Shown here: positions 39,176 through 48,298 of the stretch, piece by piece
How positions within the stretch are numbered: position 1 is the stretch's first letter
How the letters are laid out: each line of letters opens with the position of its first letter
NCBI GenBank assembly: GCA_964409615.1
Contig: CAYPDT010000001.1
Location: forward strand, 307,880 to 371,879
Origin: an uncultured Candidatus Saccharibacteria bacterium
GTDB lineage: Bacteria; Patescibacteriota; Saccharimonadia; Saccharimonadales; AWTP1-31
Length of the DNA: 64,000 nucleotides
Direction: 5' to 3'
Made by a program: the position numbers and the translations under genes
The notes under the pieces: model-generated
Databases searched by the model: none
What the model saw: only the letters and a program-made list of their open reading frames with translations
Told to the model about the DNA's origin: nothing

Positions 39176-39244
39176 GCTTAGAGCACAGGTGCTAATGATT
39201 CTTTTCGGTGCATTGCACCTAGGGCAGCTGAGCTACTGGCCCAT
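39176..39244 (-). repeat. Degenerate copy of the 5' half of tRNA-Lys(CTT), with an insertion of about 30 nt in the D-loop
   Basis: A 20-nt exact match CAGCTGAGCTACTGGCCCAT (39225-39244 against 39105-39124), plus TAGCACCTGTGCTCTAAGC resembling the D-stem and anticodon-arm region. Confidence 0.6.
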
Positions 39245-39291
39245 GAATAACGGGGTAAATAATAGCACGACACCTCTGTTTTTGCAATGAT

Positions 39292-40566
39292 TTAATGCGT
39301 TTTACTGCGCAGTGGAGCGAGGGATTCTCGCAGATCATGTAGTAAATAGAACGAGCCTGTTATAAGTTTATGTTTAGCACCAGACTGCATCAGCACTTCA
39401 AAGGCCTTTTTGTTGTCGGGCTCTATGCTAACGTTAGTGAATCCCTGCTGGTTACAGACTGTCACAATTTGTTCTGGTACAGTGGCATATTTGCGCAAGT
39501 CTTGGCCTGCAACAAAGTCAGTAATAATCAGCTCGTCTGTTATGGGTAGTAACTGCTCTAGAACCCCCTGCACACGAGCATCTCGGCTACGTAACAAAGC
39601 TAGCAAAACAGTGAATTTTTGGTTTGGGTAAGCTTGCTTCAAGCTTTTTACCAAGGCCTCCATTTTTTGTGGGTTATGGGCGGCATCTAATATTACTGTC
39701 GTACCATCGTCTTGCAGCACTTCCATGCGAGCCGGTATATACACCGTGGTACTCTTGTGTAACTGCTCTTCTGTAAGTTGCGTCATGCCATCACGTTGAC
39801 ACACGTACTGCACAACGGCATGGGCAAGGCTCCAATTACGCTGCTGGTATAACGGTAAATTTTGCGCCTCGCTATGTGCATCTTGCGTGATAACCGTTAG
39901 TTCAGCACTTCGTTTATTTGCCTGTTCGCGAAAAACTGAAATAACTTCAGCCGATTGTTCTAAACAAAAAGCTGAACTCCCAGGGAGAACAATGCCAGCT
40001 TTTTGGTAGGCAATATCTTGAATGTTGTCACCCAAAACATCAATGTGGTCGAGTCCAATATCGGTAAGTACAGAAACCTTATCGGCTCTGTTAATAACGT
40101 TAGTGCCATCCAGTAAGCCGCCTAAGCCGACTTCGATAACCGCGTAGTCAACTTGTGCTTGAGCAAAATACCAATAGGCAAAGGCTACTAGTAATTCAAA
40201 GTATGTCGGCTGAAAGCCGCCGTCTTTTACTAGCTGCATGTACTCGCTGAACGCCGCGCAGTATTCTGCTTCGTCGAGGGGCTGAAGATTAATTTGCACA
40301 CGCTCGCTGAGTACACTCACGTGAGGTGACACGGTTAATCCAATCTTCTTACCGGTTTGCAGTAAGAGTGACGCTGCAAAATATGCTGTAGAGGTTTTAC
40401 CCGAGGTGCCAGCAATATGTATAACCTTGTAGCTATCTTGCGGGTTGCCTAAGTGCTTCATCAGAGCACGCATGGTGTCGAGCTTATAATTAGCACGCAT
40501 CGAGCGAGCCGGAGGGATGTGCGCAGTTAGTGCCGCTTCAACATCGGCAAAGGTATGGTATGACAT
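39292..40566 (-). CDS. folC: Folylpolyglutamate synthase/dihydrofolate synthase-like Mur ligase (FolC)
   Basis: LGNPQDSYKVIHIAGTSGKTSTAYF...LTVSPHVSVLSERVQIN is the typical FolC N-terminal pattern. Confidence 0.75.
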   Translation of the reverse strand: MSYHTFADVEAALTAHIPPARSMRANYKLDTMRALMKHLGNPQDSYKVIHIAGTSGKTSTAYFAASLLLQTGKKIGLTVSPHVSVLSERVQINLQPLDEAEYCAAFSEYMQLVKDGGFQPTYFELLVAFAYWYFAQAQVDYAVIEVGLGGLLDGTNVINRADKVSVLTDIGLDHIDVLGDNIQDIAYQKAGIVLPGSSAFCLEQSAEVISVFREQANKRSAELTVITQDAHSEAQNLPLYQQRNWSLAHAVVQYVCQRDGMTQLTEEQLHKSTTVYIPARMEVLQDDGTTVILDAAHNPQKMEALVKSLKQAYPNQKFTVLLALLRSRDARVQGVLEQLLPITDELIITDFVAGQDLRKYATVPEQIVTVCNQQGFTNVSIEPDNKKAFEVLMQSGAKHKLITGSFYLLHDLRESLAPLRSKTH

Positions 40567-40580
40567 GCTGACTACCTTGT

Positions 40581-40967
40581 TTAGGACTTCCTCTTTCGGG
40601 CCTGATGGGTAGCTACCTTATCATGCATGCTACGAAAGTGATCACGCAGCTTATCAAGCTCGTCATCACTCATTTCGTCGAGGTCTAAAAAGGCATTAGA
40701 GGCTGTCTTCATGCTTTTAATAAGCTCGTCCAGCTGCAGATGCATACTGCGGGCATCGCGATTTTGGGTGTTTTGGATGACAAAAACCATCAGAAAGGTC
40801 ACGATGGTAGTGCCAGTGTTAATTACCAGCTGCCATGTATTTGAAAAGTGAAATAGCGGCCCGGTAATTGCCCAAATAACGATAACTAGGGCTGCTACAA
40901 TAAATGATTTTGCTGATCCAACGATGCTGGAAACATGAGCCGAAAACTTACGAAATGCTTCATTCAT
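40581..40967 (-). CDS. Low-affinity iron permease family protein
   Basis: MNEAFRKFSAHVSSIVGS..., two TM helices and FVIQNTQNRDARSMHLQLDELI match the family. The start is placed at ATG 40967 to avoid overlapping the divergent gene. Confidence 0.6.
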   Translation of the reverse strand: MNEAFRKFSAHVSSIVGSAKSFIVAALVIVIWAITGPLFHFSNTWQLVINTGTTIVTFLMVFVIQNTQNRDARSMHLQLDELIKSMKTASNAFLDLDEMSDDELDKLRDHFRSMHDKVATHQARKRKS

Positions 40968-41036
40968 GTGGTTAGCATACCACGCAAACTGCAGTGGCGC
41001 ACGGGCCTTTAGAACTGTAAAGCAATTTACAGTTTC

Positions 41037-41801
41037 TTGATAAGCATTAGTGTTATAATACCGACTATGCAAGTACCGTTGAACATACTGCATGATTACA
41101 TCGGTGTAGTCGTGATGACCGGTCTTTCTATCGATATCCTTAGACGCAACCGTCGTAAACCCAATCTCACTACTCTGTACTTTGGTCTCGCTACTGGCTG
41201 CTTCGCCCTCGCTACCGGTCTGTTCGGCATACCTGCACTTTTCACACGAGATGCTTTCTGGCTGAGCTTATTTACCTTTATCGGTGATATCTTCGTTTCA
41301 TCTGCAATGTTGTTGCTATGGTTTATCGGAATCCGGGCTTTTCTAGCAACACGACCACGCGCTACAAATATCGCCTACATAGCGGTTATTATCTTGACCA
41401 TTCTTTGCATGGCAGAAGCTATCCATCGCAACCTCACTCCACCCTACAGCACTATGGTCGCTGTTAGTGCGACTGGCAAGATTGCAGTTGAATACGTAGA
41501 TACTCTTCTATACAACATCCTCAACCCGATTGACAGTTTAGCCCTGGTGCTTATTGGCATCTACTTCTTTAGACAAGCAAATGTCCCCCCTCAGAAAAGC
41601 CAACGTATCCGCTTGCGAGGCGTTTCAATCGGTTTTGTGTTTGGTGCCCTCGCCTTCTTAGTTACACCAGCATTATCTACAGAAAACCAAGTGATATTTA
41701 CGGCAGTTACACTGAGTTGTGGTTTTTTGGTTATCGCAGTTGCAGGCATAATCAGCCTTATCTTGGTGCCACGTGAGCGAAAAGCACAACTTCAAGGCTA
41801 G
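41037..41801 (+). CDS. Hypothetical polytopic membrane protein
   Basis: About 7 hydrophobic helices. The start is uncertain and may be the internal M at about 41115. Confidence 0.5.
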   Translation: MISISVIIPTMQVPLNILHDYIGVVVMTGLSIDILRRNRRKPNLTTLYFGLATGCFALATGLFGIPALFTRDAFWLSLFTFIGDIFVSSAMLLLWFIGIRAFLATRPRATNIAYIAVIILTILCMAEAIHRNLTPPYSTMVAVSATGKIAVEYVDTLLYNILNPIDSLALVLIGIYFFRQANVPPQKSQRIRLRGVSIGFVFGALAFLVTPALSTENQVIFTAVTLSCGFLVIAVAGIISLILVPRERKAQLQG

Positions 41802-41817
41802 TGACAATAGTAAACTG

Positions 41818-43494
41818 TTAACTAAAGATGTTAGCGACTTCGTTTTTGACTACGTTTTTTTGGTCAACTGTTTTAACAGCTTGCACTGGCAAAATTATTG
41901 AAAAAGTGGAGCCTTCTTGTAGCTTCGATTCGAGCTTTAATTCTGCACCAATACGATTTGCTAGCTTGGCCGTAATAAATAGCCCCAGCCCAGTACCACC
42001 GGTAGAACGTGTGAGCGGGTCTTCACTTCGCCAGAATTTCTGATAAACCTTTGCTTGTTCGCTTTTGGAGATGCCGGCACCAGTATCGGCAACACTAATA
42101 ATAATGTGGTCTTTGTCGATGGCTTGGCCGGTTACGGTCAGGCCGCCTTTGGGCGTGTACTTAATGGCGTTGGTAATGAAATTCTGGAGAATCTCACGGA
42201 AGTACAGTCGGGATGTTGTAAGGGGTGGTATTGATGGTGCGATATCGACTTTGAGATACAGGCCTTTTTTGTCTGCTTGGGGTTTGTATGTTTCTTCGAG
42301 TTCTTTGAGCACCTCATCAACAGAGAAAGTTTCTACGTCCATGCTTTTGTCGTCACGTTGTGCCCGCGACAGTGCTGATAAATCGTTCACCATATCAGCC
42401 AAGAAGACTACTTGGTCATGTGCTTTTGTGACAGAGTTCTTAATTTCAGGGATATCCACCTGGGGCTTTTCGGATAGTAACACCGCCATCGACATCTCAC
42501 CTTCGGCGATAGTGATTGGAGTGCGTAATTCGTGACTAACCTCTGATATGAACAAATCTCGCTCTTCATCGAGCGACTTCTGGAGCGTTATATCTCTGAG
42601 CAAGAAGGTAAAGCCTTGCTGTTTGGCCAAAACAGTTGAGCGAGCAATACGGCTGATATTTATGTCTAGGGCAACTTTATCTTGGTCACCGAAATCTATA
42701 TACAAGTCACTTCGCCGTTGTAGATAATTTGTCTGCCGAGCAATTTCCATAATTCGCACCGGCCGGTCTTGGGCATCCTTAACTTTAAGATAATCATCAA
42801 TATTAAGGCCTGTGAGAGTTTTGTTGGTGTCGAGGAGGTCAAGTGCGGCAGCGTTATAGTTAAGAACCACACCCTTATCGTCGGTTGCTATCACCCCGTC
42901 ACTCATAGAGTTAATTAGTGCGACCATGCGCCCGTGTTCGAACTCGGCCCGAAGAGTTTTTTGCTGCATCTCTGCTCGTTTGCGGCGATTACCAAATGCC
43001 TGCCTAGTGATAACCGAGTTAACCGCAACAATGATTGAAAATTCAGCACCAATGCGAAACAACAAGTGGCGATCAAGCCCGTCATACTGGTACAGCGAGC
43101 CCATTATCATGGTAATTAATAACCCGATTGCACTCAAGATTGCACCTTTAGCCTGATAGAAATACTCTGCAAGGTACATAAACATCACCCACAAATAGAG
43201 GTAATAAGAGAGCGTTGGCACTATAAATAGCAGCATAAAACTCAGCAGCCAGTGGTACGTGAGCAAGTAAAAAGCATGGGCATGCCCAAAGCGAAACTTT
43301 GGCACAAAATGACTCAGGGCGAAGGCTGCAATTACCCCAGCGTAAGCTAATACGAATACAGGATTTTTGGCAAAAGTCTGATCAAAAGCGAAATTAATAG
43401 TAAGCAAAATAGCCACCCCAAGTGCAGCTGGGCTGATTATTTTGGGTGTTATAGCAATTTCTTCTTGGTCTGGTGCTGTCGGGCTCTGGGCCAT
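41818..43494 (-). CDS. Sensor histidine kinase (multi-TM N-terminus, PAS-like, HisKA, HATPase_c)
   Basis: H-box SHELRTPITIAEGE, N box ILQNFITNAIKYT, G1 VADTGAGIS, G2 GGTGLGLFI. No response regulator is adjacent. Confidence 0.85.
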   Translation of the reverse strand: MAQSPTAPDQEEIAITPKIISPAALGVAILLTINFAFDQTFAKNPVFVLAYAGVIAAFALSHFVPKFRFGHAHAFYLLTYHWLLSFMLLFIVPTLSYYLYLWVMFMYLAEYFYQAKGAILSAIGLLITMIMGSLYQYDGLDRHLLFRIGAEFSIIVAVNSVITRQAFGNRRKRAEMQQKTLRAEFEHGRMVALINSMSDGVIATDDKGVVLNYNAAALDLLDTNKTLTGLNIDDYLKVKDAQDRPVRIMEIARQTNYLQRRSDLYIDFGDQDKVALDINISRIARSTVLAKQQGFTFLLRDITLQKSLDEERDLFISEVSHELRTPITIAEGEMSMAVLLSEKPQVDIPEIKNSVTKAHDQVVFLADMVNDLSALSRAQRDDKSMDVETFSVDEVLKELEETYKPQADKKGLYLKVDIAPSIPPLTTSRLYFREILQNFITNAIKYTPKGGLTVTGQAIDKDHIIISVADTGAGISKSEQAKVYQKFWRSEDPLTRSTGGTGLGLFITAKLANRIGAELKLESKLQEGSTFSIILPVQAVKTVDQKNVVKNEVANIFS

Positions 43495-43548
43495 GATGTA
43501 TCTATTATAACGGTTACGCTTATGTTGGCATATCCGATTTTCTTATTT

Positions 43549-43567
43549 TCCAAGGTCCGACCTTGGA
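43549..43567. repeat. 19-bp palindrome copy 3 (divergent intergenic region)
   Basis: TCCAAGGTCCGACCTTGGA read directly, between the divergent starts at 43494 and 43637. Confidence 0.9.
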
Positions 43568-43636
43568 CAAACCATCAAAAAGAGATATGCAAAGTGCATA
43601 TGGTATTATGGAATACATAACACAGGGTTAATTAAT

Positions 43637-45415
43637 ATGAAGCTTCGCTTTCCTAACCTTCAAAAAAATACGCAACAAACAACATCAACCGGCTTCAAAC
43701 AAAAACTCACCCTTAAAAAAGGTTTAAGCTTTGGATTAATCGCCAGCTTTGCAGTAGTTGGCATTTATTTGCTGGTACAGAGTAAAGCTGCCGTACCGAC
43801 TGGCACCTACACTAACTGGACCTGGCCAGCCGCCCCAACTGGTAACTGGAACATTGAACATGGTTTGACTATCGAGGAAGTCACGCCTGATGCTACGTAT
43901 TTCTGGTCTCATCAGTTCAAGATTAACAGTGGTGATGGTGGCTATATTGGTTTGCAATCGCACGGTAACAGCGTAAGTGGTGCCATCGGTAAGACTGCAG
44001 TATTCTCAATATTTGGTGCTGGCATCGAAGCAACACCAGGTAATTGTAAAGTCGAGCAGGCTGGTTTTGATGGCTATCAAAACTCTGGCTCGAGCTGCCG
44101 CATTCCTTTCGATTGGGTTCTGGGGCGTAAATACCAACTCAAAGCCGGAATCACTGGTAGCGATGCAGGCGGAACGTGGTGGACCGGCACCATTCAAGAC
44201 ACGGCCACTGGCGCCGTGACAGAAGTTGGTCGCATCAAGGTACCCACCAGCTGGAAGGGTGTGGATACATGGTCAGTTATGTGGACCGAGTACTTTGGTG
44301 GCCAACCAGCAAACTGTAACGACCTAGCCTATTCTCGGGTGCGATTCTACACTCCAAGGGCTAATAACGGGGCCACTAGCCCGGTAGGCTCATCTAACAC
44401 CTACGCCTCTGGCGGAACCTGTAATAACTCCACCATCACCAATACTGGCGACGGTGTTATACAACAAATGGGAGCCCAAAAGGCCCAGCACGACCCCATT
44501 GGCTGGGTAGACGAAGCAAACTGCTCCTACATTGGCGGTTGGGCCAAAGATGAGGATACCGCTAACCCTATTGATGTACATATTTATTTCGAACAACCCG
44601 TGGGTGTACCCGGTTCGGTTGGCTGGAATATCGGTAGTGCTAATATAGATAGCTCAGATGTTGGCCGCCACCGCTTCCGCAGAGCTGTAACAGACCCAAG
44701 CATTCCCATTAACCCTTTTGACGGTCAAGTTCACAAAGTCTATGCTTACGGCATTAATGATGGCCCCGGAACAAACCCGGAATTATCTATGAATCCCCGA
44801 CCAGCAACCTTCGGCCCCTGCGCTGCTCCTGTTAAGGGCCCGGCAACTCCGCCCACTACGACCAATCCAACCCCGACCAATCCGACGCCAGCTCCCACAC
44901 CAACTAACACTGCCCCCGATGTCACGCTGGCATCGGTCAATCCGCCAGTTGCCCCAAGCACATTTACGCTCCGAGCCAAGGCTTCAGATAAAGATGGCAT
45001 AAAAGGCGTAACATTCTTTAGCCTCGACGCAAATGGCAACCTGCAGAAAGAAATAGGTACCGATACGGTTGCGCCGTACGAGATGACACTCACAAAGTTG
45101 CCAGCTGCAACCTATAGATACGCCGTTCGGGCCACCGATACTAAGGGTCTGAGCAGTACCTCTAAAGGAATTACCGTAACCGTTAATCCAGCACCTGCTG
45201 CCGTACCAAGCCCGGCGCCAAGCGTACAACAAGCGCCAACTGGCAAACCAGGTGATGTTAACGGCGACGGCGCCGTAGATGTGCTAGATTTAGCAACAAT
45301 ATTAATTAACTGGGAAGCCAAGAATGCTACAGCTGCTCAGGGCGACTTGACTGGGGACAAAACGGTGAACGTTTTTGACCTAGCACTCGTACTACTAAAC
45401 TGGACTGCCCAATGA
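43637..45415 (+). CDS. Secreted multidomain protein with C-terminal dockerin
   Basis: N-terminal TM/signal sequence, a Pro/Thr linker (PTTTNPTPTNPTPAPTPTN) and an Ig-like domain. The C-terminus has duplicated dockerin repeats GDVNGDGAVDVLDLATILINW / GDLTGDKTVNVFDLALVLLNW. Confidence 0.7.
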   Translation: MKLRFPNLQKNTQQTTSTGFKQKLTLKKGLSFGLIASFAVVGIYLLVQSKAAVPTGTYTNWTWPAAPTGNWNIEHGLTIEEVTPDATYFWSHQFKINSGDGGYIGLQSHGNSVSGAIGKTAVFSIFGAGIEATPGNCKVEQAGFDGYQNSGSSCRIPFDWVLGRKYQLKAGITGSDAGGTWWTGTIQDTATGAVTEVGRIKVPTSWKGVDTWSVMWTEYFGGQPANCNDLAYSRVRFYTPRANNGATSPVGSSNTYASGGTCNNSTITNTGDGVIQQMGAQKAQHDPIGWVDEANCSYIGGWAKDEDTANPIDVHIYFEQPVGVPGSVGWNIGSANIDSSDVGRHRFRRAVTDPSIPINPFDGQVHKVYAYGINDGPGTNPELSMNPRPATFGPCAAPVKGPATPPTTTNPTPTNPTPAPTPTNTAPDVTLASVNPPVAPSTFTLRAKASDKDGIKGVTFFSLDANGNLQKEIGTDTVAPYEMTLTKLPAATYRYAVRATDTKGLSSTSKGITVTVNPAPAAVPSPAPSVQQAPTGKPGDVNGDGAVDVLDLATILINWEAKNATAAQGDLTGDKTVNVFDLALVLLNWTAQ

Positions 45416-46386
45416 GCCGACGACTTACCGCCATCATATCGACAGCCGTAGCAGTATTATCGCTAGTTTTAGCTGTCATACCTGCACCCGTACAGGCTGC
45501 TGGCAATGCCACCATTAGCCTTACGCCAGTTACCTCAACACAGACGCTCGACTCGCAGTTTGAAGTATCGCTATACAGCAATAGCGGCGATGAGCCAGTA
45601 AACGTAATCCAAGCTGAAGTATCGTACGACCCAGCAAGTCTAGAGTATGTGGGAGTAAACGGCAAAGACAGCGCCTTTGAAAAAGAGATAAAAACCGTCG
45701 CAAGTGATGGCAAAATCACCCTACTCCGCTACCGCACTCCTGGCAGTGACCCGGTCACAGGCAAGCAACTCATCACTAAGTTAGTGTTCAAGGCACTGGT
45801 TGATGCTGGCAGTACTAAAGTTTCTAGCGGCCCTAGTTCACGGGTAGTCCGAGCGGGAAATGCCATTGATATATGGGATAAAGTAACCACCTCGAGCACC
45901 ATATCTTTTACACTAGGTAGCCCCACCAGCTCGACAACCAAAACCCCATCTACTGACTCGAGCGATGCAAATAACCTCGTAGCCATTCGCGTAGTAGATG
46001 CTAATAATAAGCCAGTTGCTGGTGTCCCAGTAGCGCTCGGCGGACAAAGAGTCAAAACTGATGCAACCGGTACTGCAAGCTTTACAAATATTAAGCCAGG
46101 CAACCAGACAGTGACCACTGGTAGTGGCTTTGACAGTGTAAAAAGCAGCGTCACCATTGCCTCCGACCAAAGTGGAGTAGTGCAAGAATACCAAGTACGC
46201 TCTCGGTCGAACCCACTTAAATATGTTATCCCTGTTAGTCTAGTCTTATTAGCTATTGCTTACGTGATTGGGCGTAAATTCCTCATCCGCAAACGCCGCC
46301 TTTCTGCAGAAGCTAACGAATACCACGAATCTGGCGCCGCCGGAGATGTAGTAGTCAGTCAGACTATCGACCCAAACAACCCATAA
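45412..46386 (+). CDS. Membrane-anchored cohesin domain protein
   Basis: Signal sequence, then a cohesin-like pattern ISLTPVTSTQTLDSQFEVSLYSNSGDEPVNVIQAEVSYDPASLEYVGV. A CarboxypepD_reg-like segment follows (RVVDANNKPVAGVPVALGGQRVKTDATGTASFTNIKPGN), then a C-terminal TM helix. The start overlaps the upstream stop (ATGA). Confidence 0.7.
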   Translation: MSRRLTAIISTAVAVLSLVLAVIPAPVQAAGNATISLTPVTSTQTLDSQFEVSLYSNSGDEPVNVIQAEVSYDPASLEYVGVNGKDSAFEKEIKTVASDGKITLLRYRTPGSDPVTGKQLITKLVFKALVDAGSTKVSSGPSSRVVRAGNAIDIWDKVTTSSTISFTLGSPTSSTTKTPSTDSSDANNLVAIRVVDANNKPVAGVPVALGGQRVKTDATGTASFTNIKPGNQTVTTGSGFDSVKSSVTIASDQSGVVQEYQVRSRSNPLKYVIPVSLVLLAIAYVIGRKFLIRKRRLSAEANEYHESGAAGDVVVSQTIDPNNP

Positions 46387-46404
46387 TTCTTCTGTAGTTT
46401 AGCT

Positions 46405-46965
46405 TTACGCGGCAAACAACTGGAGTAACTTGGTAGCAGTATTGTAATTACGAATCGTCATTCGTTTATAGATAGGATTACCAGCTAACTTGCCGCCCGT
46501 TGTGCGCCCGAATGCTTGTAATGACAAAGCTTGGTACAGCACCCCCTCACCAGCCTGCATGGCCTCTATATCAGGCTTGAGTTCTCCAACGGCCTCAACC
46601 ACTTGCTTCATGTCGAAGGGAGGCAGCAGCACGATAATATTGTGCTTCATAGTTTGGTCGGTGCCCCACCATTTTGGTGCCGCTGCGATAATCGCCTGCC
46701 AGTCGTGCTTGGTAAAGACTACGGTTGGAACCTGTAGATTAAAACGAGCCTGTATAACAGCTTCGATATCTTTAGCGAGCAACACCGTATCGGTTTTATC
46801 TGACTCAAAGAATATATTACCGGTTTGTATGTACGTACGAACGTTTTGTAGGCCCGCATCTTGCAGCGTCTGTCGTAGCTCTGCCATAGCAATTATGGTA
46901 TTACCGCCTACATTTATCCCCCGCAACAGTGCTAAGAACTCCGTCATCCTCTTACTATATCGCAT
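46405..46965 (-). CDS. DUF1697 domain protein
   Basis: LALLRGINVGGNTIIAMAELRQ...VRTYIQTGNIFFES is characteristic. Confidence 0.8.
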   Translation of the reverse strand: MRYSKRMTEFLALLRGINVGGNTIIAMAELRQTLQDAGLQNVRTYIQTGNIFFESDKTDTVLLAKDIEAVIQARFNLQVPTVVFTKHDWQAIIAAAPKWWGTDQTMKHNIIVLLPPFDMKQVVEAVGELKPDIEAMQAGEGVLYQALSLQAFGRTTGGKLAGNPIYKRMTIRNYNTATKLLQLFAA

Positions 46966-47033
46966 TATGGCACAGTCACTAATTCTAGCGGCAACTGCGT
47001 TATACTAAAGCTATATTAATAACAGGAACAACA

Positions 47034-47624
47034 ATGCAATACCCCCTAAACTTACGGTTCAAAATCGCTGCAATCGCTAGCCAAATCTACGCCACCGATG
47101 CTTCGGGCAATACCGTCTTTTACGTCAAACAAAAGCTTTTCAAGCTCAAAGAGAACATCGAAATTTTTTCTGACGCCACTAAGACGCAAAAACTTTTTAC
47201 CGTCAAGGCTGACCGCGTGATTGACTTTTCACCAGAATTTACCCTGTATAACGCCCAAGACCAGCCGCTAGGAAGTGTCAAACGGTTTGGCCGTAAATCA
47301 ATTTGGCGCTCAACATATGAATTAAAGGTTGGCCCTAGCATTAGTCTAAAAGTACAAGAGACGAACCCGTGGGTTAAAGTTGCTGATGCCTTCTTGAGTG
47401 AACTGCCTTTTGTTGGCCTGATTAGCGGCTATGTATTCCACCCTCGGTATGCCATAACCGATGGCGCCACGAATCAACAGGTAGCCTTTCTAGATAAGCT
47501 ACCTGCCTTCTTAGAGGGTAAATATCAGATTACCACCCCAACGACTACCTATGACGAAGGTGCTCAGCAAATCTTTGCAGCCCTGATGATGGTTGTCGTG
47601 TTGCGCGAACGTATGCGCGGCTAA
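47034..47624 (+). CDS. Hypothetical protein, possibly LURP-one-related/tubby-C-like (DUF567) fold
   Basis: Only a weak pattern similarity (...FKLKENIEIFSD...). Not secure. Confidence 0.35.
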   Translation: MQYPLNLRFKIAAIASQIYATDASGNTVFYVKQKLFKLKENIEIFSDATKTQKLFTVKADRVIDFSPEFTLYNAQDQPLGSVKRFGRKSIWRSTYELKVGPSISLKVQETNPWVKVADAFLSELPFVGLISGYVFHPRYAITDGATNQQVAFLDKLPAFLEGKYQITTPTTTYDEGAQQIFAALMMVVVLRERMRG

Positions 47625-48097
47625 CGAAGCCCATATAACTGCGCTCGAAGTTGCGGCGCGTCATGCTGATCGAGAATGTAAATATCTTCCAACTCAATAG
47701 TTTGCCGCATATCTTTAGACAAACTCAATCCGAAAGCAAACACCATCTCGATTAGATGGTCTGGGTCATCTCTTGCCACCCGGTTAATATTCACCTTTTG
47801 GCATGAACTACATATATGGATGAGCATTATCTCGCCGTACGTATCTGCGCCCGTCTGTTTGTATGTCAGGCCAACCGGCTGCATACCCCCGCCACAATTG
47901 GCTCGACAATCTCCAGTTTGCAGATCGACATGTTTTGACCATAAACAACTATTACAGTGGTTACGATTCGCCGTACCCATGTAGCCGTTAATAACTACAA
48001 AGCTTTTGCAGTGCCCACATCGAAAGCCACCTGCCTTGTGCTCTTTATTCCATAGTTTTACTGATTGTTTCTTACAATTATTTTCATAACGATTCAC
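47621..48097 (-). CDS. RNHCP domain protein (Cys-rich zinc-ribbon)
   Basis: FRCGHCKSFV...NRNHCNSCLWSKHVD plus further CxxC pairs. Confidence 0.55.
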   Translation of the reverse strand: MNRYENNCKKQSVKLWNKEHKAGGFRCGHCKSFVVINGYMGTANRNHCNSCLWSKHVDLQTGDCRANCGGGMQPVGLTYKQTGADTYGEIMLIHICSSCQKVNINRVARDDPDHLIEMVFAFGLSLSKDMRQTIELEDIYILDQHDAPQLRAQLYGLR

Positions 48098-48112
48098 GTA
48101 ATTTCCTTACAC

Positions 48113-48135
48113 TAAAAAACCAGCCACATGGCTGG
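48113..48135 (-). terminator. Rho-independent terminator (minus strand)
   Basis: Hairpin CCAGCC-ACAT-GGCTGG flanked by A6 on the plus strand, which is a T-run on the minus-strand transcript. Confidence 0.6.
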
Positions 48136-48163
48136 TCTACTGGATAGTAAAAGGAACTATTTT

Positions 48164-48259
48164 CTAGGTAATATTAACGAATTTTTGACCAGCCAAAAGA
48201 ACCCCTTCTGCAGGGGCTGCAGCGGTCGCAAAGGTCTTAGCATTAAATACGTTACTCAT
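48164..48259 (-). CDS. Possible 31-aa peptide ORF
   Basis: Hand-translated MSNVFNAKTFATAAAPAEGVLLAGQKFVNIT, lying between gene 48299-48760 and the terminator. There is no other evidence. Confidence 0.2.
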   Translation of the reverse strand: MSNVFNAKTFATAAAPAEGVLLAGQKFVNIT

Positions 48260-48298
48260 ACGTAAAATATTATATACGCTTTTGGTTATTTTACAACT

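Noticed and set aside
38812-39290. ORFs 38812-39078 (-) and 39045-39290 (+)
   Set aside because: Both run through tRNA-Lys(CTT) and its half-copies. The translations contain the tRNA-artefact signature (GLEPSTPCLRGRCSNQLSYWP). They are treated as non-coding.
40968-41093. The longer 170-aa version of the iron-permease ORF
   Set aside because: The extension (MQYVQRYLHSRYYNTNAYQ...) overlaps the divergent membrane-protein gene, and family-like sequence begins at MNEAFRKF. The shorter start was chosen, with residual uncertainty.
44746-46194. Antisense or alternative-frame ORFs across the Pro/Thr-rich and cohesin regions (44746-45093, 44984-45232, 45112-45321, 45327-45719, 45729-46157, 45913-46194)
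   Set aside because: They are nested in the dockerin and cohesin genes, which have recognisable domains. Their compositions are mirror artefacts of the GC-rich P/T-linker codons.
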